DNA of 64,000 nt, taken from NCBI GenBank assembly GCA_965372635.1, contig CBDVDA010000001.1, positions 2,860 to 66,859 on the forward strand, given 5' to 3'. Made by a program: the position numbers and the translations under genes. The stretch's first letter is position 1, and each line of letters starts with the position of its first letter. Below the pieces are notes generated by a model that ran no database searches, was not told where the DNA came from, and was given only the letters and a program-made list of their open reading frames with translations. The DNA is from an uncultured bacterium. Its GTDB lineage: Bacteria > Desulfobacterota > JADFVX01. Positions 19,456-26,960 of this stretch are shown one piece after another.

Positions 19456-19492
19456 GCCCGCACCGGCAAAACGGTGGCGGGCTTTTTTGTTT
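19456..19492 (+). terminator. Rho-independent terminator (GCCCGCACCG-GCAAAA-CGGTGGCGGGC then TTTTTTGTTTTT)
   Basis: Perfect GC-rich stem of 10-11 bp followed by a T-run. No annotated CDS lies upstream on this strand. Confidence 0.65.
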
Positions 19493-19549
19493 TTATGTTG
19501 ATTCAGATTTGTAATCTGAATCAGAAAGTTTCAGGTTCAAGTTGTAAAC

Positions 19550-20392
19550 TTGAACCAACGAAGAGAGCAGGTCAAATTGGATAACAAGATTCCAGTCAAT
19601 TCACTCGACTACAGCAGCATTCATGCTTGGGGGGAGTTCAAAAGATATTTAGTGACAGAAAACAGGTTTGTCCTTAACAAACAACAGCAGCTATTTGTCA
19701 GTAATGTAATAAAGGCAGTTCAGAATCGAACCACTTGTTTGAAACAGGGCGAAATATGGTATAGGGCAAGACGTTGTTTTGAAGATTATTCCGGCAGCCA
19801 CCCCAAAGTTGAGGGGAATAAAAAAATATATGGGAGATTCCCTGCAAAGAAAGAAGAGATGGACGCTCCTCCTATAAATTCTGCGACCGATGGACGAGCA
19901 AACCCCAGGCAGTTTCCAATGCTATACCTAGCTAAAAAAGAAGAAACTGCAATGACTGAAACTCGTCCTTTCCTGGGTGAGCTAATTACCTTGGCACCAT
20001 TCAAATTAGATTGTGATCTTAAGGTTGTTGATCTAGTATCTACTCAGTTCAATGGGAAAAATGATGATATTTGTCAAATGGAACAAAGAGGCGAAATTAC
20101 AAGTGTAGAAGTAGAAAATTACATATGGGAAATGATAGGGCATGATTTTTCCATACCTACCGATCCAAGTGACTCGGATGGCAAGTATGTACCCACCCAA
20201 TATTTAGCAGGGGTATTTAAAAACGCTGGTTTTGACGGTATTATGTACTCAAGTGCGTTAAAAAAGGGTGGTATCAATTTAGTTCTTTTCGATCCTTGCG
20301 CTGCAAACTCTCAAGTTGGGAAAATATTCTGTACGAGTGCTATTGAATACAATTTTGTTGGATCTGGGCCACAAAAAGAATATCGAAGTTAA
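19550..20392 (+). CDS. RES-domain protein (toxin-like, putative NAD+-targeting RES fold) with N-terminal extension, in a low-GC segment
   Basis: WYRARR (Arg), GRANPRQFPMLYLAKKEETAMTE (Glu region) and GIMYSSALKKGGINLVLF (Ser region) fit the R-E-S motif order. About 40% GC against about 58% in the flanks. No Xre-type partner is evident. Confidence 0.65.
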   Translation: MNQRREQVKLDNKIPVNSLDYSSIHAWGEFKRYLVTENRFVLNKQQQLFVSNVIKAVQNRTTCLKQGEIWYRARRCFEDYSGSHPKVEGNKKIYGRFPAKKEEMDAPPINSATDGRANPRQFPMLYLAKKEETAMTETRPFLGELITLAPFKLDCDLKVVDLVSTQFNGKNDDICQMEQRGEITSVEVENYIWEMIGHDFSIPTDPSDSDGKYVPTQYLAGVFKNAGFDGIMYSSALKKGGINLVLFDPCAANSQVGKIFCTSAIEYNFVGSGPQKEYRS

Positions 20393-20411
20393 CCAAGAAT
20401 AAGTTTGGATT

Positions 20412-20437
20412 GTCGGGTTACGCTTCGCTAACCCGAC
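20412..20437. terminator. Perfect 9-bp inverted repeat hairpin between convergent genes (GTCGGGTTA-cgcttcgc-TAACCCGAC)
   Basis: Seen directly in the sequence. No T-run follows, so it may act as an RNA stability or termination element. Confidence 0.4.
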
Positions 20438-20821
20438 CTACGCTAGGAACTTATTAACGCCTTCCACCAACTCCTTGTGGTTGAGCGGTTTTACGAGATA
20501 ATCGTCGGCCCCCGCCGCCTTTGCCAGTTCGATAAGCTTTTTATCCCCCATGGCGGAAAGCATAACGATGGGTATGTCCTTCAGCTTTTCAATCTCCCTG
20601 ATCCGCTTGCAGACCTCAATGCCGTCCACGTCCGGCATGGCGAGGTCGAGGAGAATGAGGTTCGGCACCTCTTTCTTGGCGAGGTAGACCCCCTCCGTAC
20701 CGTCTTCCGCTTCTATCGTTTCGAAATCCTCCGTTTTCAGGATTTCGGAGGCGAACTTCCGGTTCATCTCGTTATCATCGATAATCAGTATCTTCTTCAA
20801 CTTTAATCCTCTTTCGTCCAC
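20438..20821 (-). CDS. Stand-alone CheY-like response regulator receiver protein
   Basis: ILIIDD...LLDLAMPDVDG...MLSA...K motifs of a REC domain. 127 aa with no output domain. Confidence 0.85.
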   Translation of the reverse strand: MDERGLKLKKILIIDDNEMNRKFASEILKTEDFETIEAEDGTEGVYLAKKEVPNLILLDLAMPDVDGIEVCKRIREIEKLKDIPIVMLSAMGDKKLIELAKAAGADDYLVKPLNHKELVEGVNKFLA

Positions 20822-20902
20822 CTGAGCCTCGGCTCACGGGCCGCCTTCACCTCGTCCATAAAAAGGGGACAACGGGTTCACATTGGGGATGAACGGAATG
20901 CC

Positions 20903-21805
20903 CTAGCGGGTGCCGCTCCACTGGAGCTTGGTTCTCAAAACCTCGTAATAATTTCGGTTGGGCGACTTGACGAGGCGGGTCACGTTTTTTGCCCGTTCAA
21001 TCCTCACCGTGTCGCCCGCCCGGAGCGCGAAGGCGACCTGCCCGTCCAGGGTGAGGAGGTGGTCCACGTTTTCCGTCTTCAGGGTGACCCGGATGATCGA
21101 ATCGTCGGGGATGATGATGGGACGGTTATTCAGGGTGAAGGGGCAGATGGGGGTGATGACAATGGCGTTCAGCGAGGGGTGAACGATCGGTCCCGCTGCA
21201 GCTAAAGAATAACCCGTCGATCCGGTGGGGGTGGAAAAGATAAGCCCGTCCACGCGGTAGAGCGTGAGGTACTCATCGTTAATAGTGGTCTCAAGGTCGA
21301 TAATCCGGGCGATGGAGCCTTTGTTGAGCACCACATCGTTCAGGGCGGAATATTCGGTGATCTTTTCACCCTGCCGGTAGATGGTGCCGACGAGCATCAT
21401 CCTCTCTTCCAGTTCGAAATCCCCCCCTAATATTTTTTCCAGCACCGGGAAGAGCTCGTCTACGGTGATTTCCGTAAGGAAGCCGAGACTGCCGAGGTTG
21501 ACGCCGAGGATGGGGAGCCCTTTGGTGCCGACGAGGCGGGCTACGCTAAGAAGAGTTCCATCGCCGCCGAGGACGATGAACAAATCCACGAGATCGGGCA
21601 TGTCCGACTTCTGGTGCCCCTTCTCAACTCCGAGTTCAGCCACGTTTTCTTTCTCGAAAAAGGGCTCGATATTCCGCTCCTCCAGCCAGGGGAGGAGCTT
21701 CTTTGCCAACTCCAGACCTTCGGGCTTGTTCTGCTTTATGATGATGCCGATTTTATTTATTGGATTTTTCATTGGCGCACTCTTTATTGAAGGGAAAATT
21801 ATCAT
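20903..21805 (-). CDS. nadK: NAD+ kinase
   Basis: GGDGTLL motif, NDE..Y..DGLIFSTPTGSTGYSLAAGGP motif. GGAAGG RBS before the ATG at 21805. Confidence 0.85.
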   Translation of the reverse strand: MIIFPSIKSAPMKNPINKIGIIIKQNKPEGLELAKKLLPWLEERNIEPFFEKENVAELGVEKGHQKSDMPDLVDLFIVLGGDGTLLSVARLVGTKGLPILGVNLGSLGFLTEITVDELFPVLEKILGGDFELEERMMLVGTIYRQGEKITEYSALNDVVLNKGSIARIIDLETTINDEYLTLYRVDGLIFSTPTGSTGYSLAAAGPIVHPSLNAIVITPICPFTLNNRPIIIPDDSIIRVTLKTENVDHLLTLDGQVAFALRAGDTVRIERAKNVTRLVKSPNRNYYEVLRTKLQWSGTR

Positions 21806-21896
21806 AAATGTACCTTCCTGTCCATAAGTAATTTAGAAATTCTTTTGCCCTCGAAAGGGGGTAGGATGAACGGCCCTTTTGTGCTATATTTCTCCC

Positions 21897-23204
21897 ATGT
21901 TCGCAGACGCCGAAAAAAGAGAATCTATCCCGCTCGCCGAAAGGATGCGGCCAGCGGGTTTCGATGAGTTTATCGGGCAGGATGATATCCTCGGCGAGGG
22001 GAAGGCGCTTCGCCTCGCCGTAGCAAAGGGCCACATCCCGTCACTCATCCTCTGGGGGCCTCCGGGATCGGGAAAGACGACGCTCGCCCACCTTATAGCC
22101 GCCCGGATTGAAGCCGAATTCGAATCCGTCTCCGCCGTCCTTTCGGGGGTGAAGGAGGTGCGGGAGATCATGGCAAAGGCGAAAGTGTCGAAGGCAGAGG
22201 GGCGCGAAACGATCCTCTTCGTCGATGAGGTGCACCGCTTCAACAAGGCGCAGCAGGATGCCTTTTTGCACCACGTGGAGGACGGCACCATCACCTTCAT
22301 CGGCGCGACGACGGAAAACCCCTCCTTCGAGGTGGTCTCACCGCTCCTTTCGCGCTGCAAGGTAGTGGTGCTCAAATCACTTGACCAGGAGGCGCTCACC
22401 GCCATCCTTGAGCGCGCCCTCTCCGATAAAGAAAGAGGGCTCGGAGAAATGAAGCTGGAGGCGACGGACGAGGCGCTCGCCTTTGTGGCCGATACGTCCC
22501 ACGGCGATGCGCGGGTGGCGCTCGGCACGCTGGAAGAGTTGGCCCGCTTCAAAGGGGAGGGGGAAAAGGGAAAGATAAAGCTGGAGCTGAAAGATGCCGA
22601 AGAGGTGCTCAGCCGAAAGGCTCTCCTCTATGACAAGGGAGGAGAAGAGCATTACAATGTCATCTCCGCCTTCATCAAAAGCATGAGAGGGAGCGATGCC
22701 GATGGGGCGCTCTACTGGCTGGCACGAATGCTGGAAGCGGGGGAAGACCCCCTCTTTATAGCACGGCGGATGGTGATCTTCGCCTCCGAGGATGTGGGCA
22801 ACGCCGACCCGCGCGCCATCAGCGTGGCGATGGCGGCGAAGGATGCCTTCCATTTCGTCGGCCTGCCCGAAGGGTGGATACCGCTCGCCCAGGCGGCCAC
22901 CTACCTCGCCACGGCGCCGAAGAGCAACGCCTCCTACATGGGGTACAAAAAGGCGCGGCAAGACGTGGCCGAAAAAGGCGTGCTCCCTGTACCGCTCTCT
23001 ATCCGGAATGCCCCGACGAAGCTGATGAAAGGGCTCGGTTACGGTAAGGGGTACCGCTATCCTCACGACTATGAAGAGGGGTATGCGCCGGGTGAATATC
23101 TCCCGGAAAAGCTTAAAGGAACGGTCTACTACAACCCCACCGACAGGGGGTATGAGCAGCGGATACGGGAGCGGATGGAATTTATAAGAAAGAAAAAAGA
23201 ATAA
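21897..23204 (+). CDS. rarA: Replication-associated recombination protein A (AAA+ ATPase RarA/MgsA)
   Basis: PLAERMRP...LILWGPPGSGKTTLA Walker A, VDEVHRFNKAQQDA. Start at MFADAEKRE by analogy to E. coli RarA; the ORF track extends to a TTG at 21879. Confidence 0.85.
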   Translation: MFADAEKRESIPLAERMRPAGFDEFIGQDDILGEGKALRLAVAKGHIPSLILWGPPGSGKTTLAHLIAARIEAEFESVSAVLSGVKEVREIMAKAKVSKAEGRETILFVDEVHRFNKAQQDAFLHHVEDGTITFIGATTENPSFEVVSPLLSRCKVVVLKSLDQEALTAILERALSDKERGLGEMKLEATDEALAFVADTSHGDARVALGTLEELARFKGEGEKGKIKLELKDAEEVLSRKALLYDKGGEEHYNVISAFIKSMRGSDADGALYWLARMLEAGEDPLFIARRMVIFASEDVGNADPRAISVAMAAKDAFHFVGLPEGWIPLAQAATYLATAPKSNASYMGYKKARQDVAEKGVLPVPLSIRNAPTKLMKGLGYGKGYRYPHDYEEGYAPGEYLPEKLKGTVYYNPTDRGYEQRIRERMEFIRKKKE

Positions 23205-23381
23205 AAAAAGACTTAACCACAGAGGCACGGAGACACAGAGAAGAGATGATCTGTTTATGAATTGGGGCAATAGAGTGATTGATCTGTTTTTCATAGACAT
23301 TCAATCTGGACTTCTTTTGCTTTCAAGGTTAAGCCTTTCTCCGTGTCTCTGTGACTCTGTGGTAAAATAATCAGGAACAAC

Positions 23382-25175
23382 ATGCAAAAGATAAGAATAC
23401 TTTCAGAAAACCTCTCCAACATGATCGCTGCAGGCGAGGTGGTGGAACGGCCCGCCTCGGTGGTGAAGGAAGTAGTAGAAAACGCCATTGACGCGGGGAG
23501 TTCGAAGATCGAGGTCAGCATAAAGGATGGCGGCAAAAAGCTGATTCGCGTGGCCGACAACGGCGACGGCATGGGCAAAGAGGATGCGCTGCTTTCACTG
23601 GAACGCCACGCCACCAGCAAGATCGAGACCCCGGAAGACCTCTTCGGTATCTCCACCATGGGATTCAGAGGAGAGGCGCTCGCCAGTATCGCTTCCGTCT
23701 CGAAACTCACCATCGCAACGAAGGAGCGGGGGGCGATCGAAGGAACGGAGGTGATCGTCGAGAGGGGCGCGGTGAAAGACGTGCGCGCTGCCGGCATCCC
23801 GGACGGCACTATCATCGAGGTGAAGGACCTCTTCTTCAACACCCCTGCGCGGAAGAAATTTCTCAAGACCACCACTACCGAACTGGGACACATCTCCGAT
23901 TACGTGGCGCGAACGGCGCTCGCCTTCCCGGCAATCGCTTTCATTCTCAGGCATGACAATTCCACGCTTTTCAACCTCACACCGGTGCGTGACCCGAAGG
24001 AACGGATCGGCGATCTTCTCGGGCGGGAGGACGCAAAATCACTCATCGAGATCGACCGCGAGGAGGCGGGGTTTCGGCTGACGGGGTTCATCTCTCCCCC
24101 CTCGGTGCAGCGCTCCACCGCGTCGGCACTCTACCTCTACGTGAACGGGCGCTACGTTAAGGACAAGGTGGTGCGCCACGCGCTTTTGCAGGCCTACAGC
24201 AGTTTCCTCATGCGGGGGAAATACCCCATCGCCATCCTCTTCATCGAGATCGATCCCGCCGAGGTGGACGTGAACGTCCATCCCGCGAAAAACGAGGTGC
24301 GCTTCAGGGATTCGAGAGGAGTTCACAATCTCGTTAGTTCCACCCTTGACGGGGCGCTTCGCCGGAAGGAGTGGATGCCCGAGGGAGAGAGCTTGGAGAG
24401 GCGGATTGAAGGAGTCAGGGAGGCGGCATGCGAATATATCTCCACCACCGAGTCTCTCGATCTCAAAGGGGGCTACGCCCGTCTCCCCGGCAGCTTCGAG
24501 GGACGTCCCGTTCCGGCGGTTGCCCCTGCGGGAACGGAGCCACCATTCGCTTCCGGGAATAAACGGGAGGAAGAAGGGCACGAAAGTGCCGGCTACTTTT
24601 CGTCGCTCACGGTGATCGGCCAACTCGGCGAGATGTATCTCCTCTGCCAAGGGGCGGAGGGGCTCGTCGTCATCGACCAGCACGCCGCCTACGAGCGGAT
24701 TGCTTTCGAGACGCTGAAAAAAGGGTACGGGGAAAAGGACTTCCGCGTGCAGGCGCTCCTCATCCCCGAAACGGTCGAACTCCCGCCGAAAGAGGCAGCT
24801 GCGCTGGAGGATAACCTGGAAGAAGTGTGGCGGCTCGGTTTCGACGTAGAGCCTTTCGGCGGCCGGAGTTTCGCCGTGAAAGGGGTTCCCGCCGTGCTCG
24901 GTGCGGCGGGGGTGAAGGCGATCATGGTCGATATGGCTTCCGAGCTTTCCGAACTCTCGGCATCGCGCCGTTTCGGAGACGTGCTCGACGATATCCTGAA
25001 ACGGATCGCCTGCCACGCCGTCGTCAGGGGGCGGCGGCGGATGGATTTTGACGAGATGCGTGACCTCTTAAAAAGGATGGACGCCTCGGGTATCGTTCCC
25101 CATTGCCCCCACGGGCGGCCCGCCCATATCAGCATCCCTCTGTCTGAAATTGAGAAACGCTTCGAGAGGGCCTGA
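23382..25175 (+). CDS. mutL: DNA mismatch repair protein MutL
   Basis: N-terminal GHKL ATPase IAAGEVVERPASVVKEVVENAIDAG. 597 aa. Confidence 0.9.
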   Translation: MQKIRILSENLSNMIAAGEVVERPASVVKEVVENAIDAGSSKIEVSIKDGGKKLIRVADNGDGMGKEDALLSLERHATSKIETPEDLFGISTMGFRGEALASIASVSKLTIATKERGAIEGTEVIVERGAVKDVRAAGIPDGTIIEVKDLFFNTPARKKFLKTTTTELGHISDYVARTALAFPAIAFILRHDNSTLFNLTPVRDPKERIGDLLGREDAKSLIEIDREEAGFRLTGFISPPSVQRSTASALYLYVNGRYVKDKVVRHALLQAYSSFLMRGKYPIAILFIEIDPAEVDVNVHPAKNEVRFRDSRGVHNLVSSTLDGALRRKEWMPEGESLERRIEGVREAACEYISTTESLDLKGGYARLPGSFEGRPVPAVAPAGTEPPFASGNKREEEGHESAGYFSSLTVIGQLGEMYLLCQGAEGLVVIDQHAAYERIAFETLKKGYGEKDFRVQALLIPETVELPPKEAAALEDNLEEVWRLGFDVEPFGGRSFAVKGVPAVLGAAGVKAIMVDMASELSELSASRRFGDVLDDILKRIACHAVVRGRRRMDFDEMRDLLKRMDASGIVPHCPHGRPAHISIPLSEIEKRFERA

Positions 25176-26101
25176 TGGCCCGCCCGCCCCTCCTCTGTAT
25201 CGTCGGTCCCACAGCGTCGGGAAAGAGCGGACTCGCTATTCGCCTTTCCAAAAAACTCAATGCTGAAATCATCAGCGCTGACTCAATGCAGGTCTCCCGG
25301 CAGATGGACATCGGTACGGCGAAGCCGACCGCGAATGAGAGGCGGGAGATCCCTCACCATCTTATCGACATCGCCACTCCGGATGAGGAATTCACCGCCG
25401 CCGATTTTCGTGAAAAGGCCGAGGCCGCCATTTCAGATATTCGAGGGAGAGGGAAAAACATCATCGTCGCCGGGGGGGCAGGGCTGTACCTCCGCGCGCT
25501 GACTAAAGGCCTCGCCGATACGCCCGAAAGGGATCCTATTCTGCGAGAGGAGTTGCAGGAAGAGGCGGCCAACTTCGGCCCGGAATTTCTCCACGAAAAA
25601 CTGAAAAAACTCGATCCCGCCGCCGCCGAAACGATCCACCCCAACAATCAAGTCCGAGTCATACGCGCCATCGAGGTGGCGATGAAGTCGGGCAGGACGC
25701 TCTCGGACCACCAGCAGGCCCACCGCTTCGTCGAATCCCCCTTCGAGGTGATGACGGTCGGCATCGACGTTCCGCGCGACGTTCTCTATTCCCGGATCGA
25801 GGCGCGCGTCGATAAGATGATTGAGGCGGGGCTGAAGGATGAGGTGCAGAGGCTGCGGGATTGAGGGTATAATCGGGAGTTGAAGCCGATGCGGGGCGTG
25901 GGTTACAAGGAGATGTGCGCCCATATCCTGGATGGCCTGCCGCTTGTGGAAACCGTGGAATTAATTAAACGGGATTCGCGCCGCTACGCCAAACGGCAGA
26001 TGACCTGGTTTCGGAAAGAAGAGGTAGCGTGGGGAAGCGCAGAAGATTTTCTAAACCCTGAGTGGCTTGAACGGTTCCGGGCTTTCTTGAAAAGGGAGTA
26101 A
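25175..26101 (+). pseudogene. miaA: tRNA dimethylallyltransferase MiaA interrupted by an in-frame TGA at 25862-25864. The N-terminal part is 25175-25864 and the C-terminal part (GYKE...RRYAKRQMTWFRK) is 25880-26101, in the same frame.
   Basis: P-loop IVGPTASGKSGLAI at the N-terminus. The C-terminal conserved MiaA segment continues in frame after the TGA. The start overlaps the mutL stop (TGATG). Confidence 0.7.
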
Positions 26102-26587
26102 TTACAATGTGGGATGCTTCTTGGCGTCTACGAACTTTTCGTTGGCAACTCGCAGTCGCTCCGAGAGCGTTTCGGCAATTACCCGGTAGAGGATATACAT
26201 GAAATTCACCTTTTCCTGCTTTTCCAGCATCTCCGTGTAGGAGGAATCGACGGCAAGACAAAGGGTCTGCTGGAGCGAATTTACCGATGCGGAGCGCACC
26301 TTATTTTCCAGCATGGCCATCTCCCCGAAGATATCTCCCGCAGTTCCCACACGGTAAAGCTCGATGCCGTCGCGGAAGACAGCCACCTTCCCCGAGAGGA
26401 GGAAGTAGATATGCTTGTCGGTGCTGTCCCCCTCGTGGATAATCGTCTCGCCTTCTTCGTATTCCCGCATCTTGCTGAAGGGAAGAATCCCCCGGATGTC
26501 GTTTTCATCGAAGGACCGGAAGATGGGGAGCTCTTTCAGCCTTTGAACAACGGGTGCATTTTCGTCGAGATAATCCGATTCTTTCAT
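26102..26587 (-). CDS. Cyclic-nucleotide-binding domain protein (stand-alone cNMP-binding, Crp-like sensor module)
   Basis: GDIFGEMAMLEN...RSASV motif of the cNMP-binding fold. 161 aa. Confidence 0.8.
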   Translation of the reverse strand: MKESDYLDENAPVVQRLKELPIFRSFDENDIRGILPFSKMREYEEGETIIHEGDSTDKHIYFLLSGKVAVFRDGIELYRVGTAGDIFGEMAMLENKVRSASVNSLQQTLCLAVDSSYTEMLEKQEKVNFMYILYRVIAETLSERLRVANEKFVDAKKHPTL

Positions 26588-26780
26588 TTGAACCGCCTCT
26601 TATTCTTTTGCATTCACCTGAAATATAATCCAAAAGACTAATTAATAAAAGAACTTTATTAATTAGTTCGGAATTCTACTAAATGATAAATGACGGGTCA
26701 ACTATAAACTGGAGCCGGGTGCCTTGGATGGGAGGGGGGACGATAACGCCTTTCCACTCGCGACAATAATCCGAAACAGA

Positions 26781-26868
26781 TTAAATCCCTAGCGGGTGCA
26801 ATTCCCCGTAGCTTGCTACGATACAAAATAAATTACTCCAGTTCATACCCCGTCAGCTTGCTGCGGGG
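26781..26868 (+). repeat. Copy 2 of the roughly 85-nt conserved structured intergenic repeat
   Basis: TTAAATCCCTAGCGGGTGCAATTCCCCGTAGCTTGCTACGATACAAAATAAATTACTCCAGTTCATACCCCGTCAGCTTGCTGCGGGG. The 3' hairpin is CCCCG-TCAGCTTGCTG-CGGGG. Confidence 0.7.
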
Positions 26869-26960
26869 TGGTTGATCGCGGGACACGTCCCACAATCCCC
26901 CTTTGTAAAGAGGCTCATAACGCCCCCGCCCCCTCTTAATTCTTGAGAGGGGGAAACAAA

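Noticed and set aside
19147-19492. Type III toxin-antitoxin (ToxIN-like) interpretation of tandem repeats plus terminator plus toxin
   Set aside because: The tandem repeats are members of the same REP family found at 15.8 and 17.1 kb away from any toxin. Their period of about 105 nt exceeds that of known RNA antitoxins. The only promoter found lies after the repeats. The idea is kept only as a weaker possibility for the 85-nt mini-transcript.
19145-19514. ORF-track peptides MGKAGHCPYEFIRL... and MAAFFGTCQGNHC...
   Set aside because: They are translations of the REP-like tandem repeats, promoter and terminator region. The repetitive peptide sequence reflects the DNA repeat and not a protein.
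22377-23300. 307-aa and 222-aa minus-strand ORFs inside rarA
   Set aside because: Antisense to a strongly supported AAA+ gene. No motifs. GC-driven open frames.
24039-25016. 325-aa minus-strand ORF inside mutL
   Set aside because: Antisense to mutL with Arg/Pro/His-rich composition.
25862-25864. Selenocysteine recoding of the in-frame TGA in miaA
   Set aside because: MiaA is not a known selenoprotein. The homologous position is not Cys in E. coli MiaA, and no SECIS-like hairpin follows the TGA.
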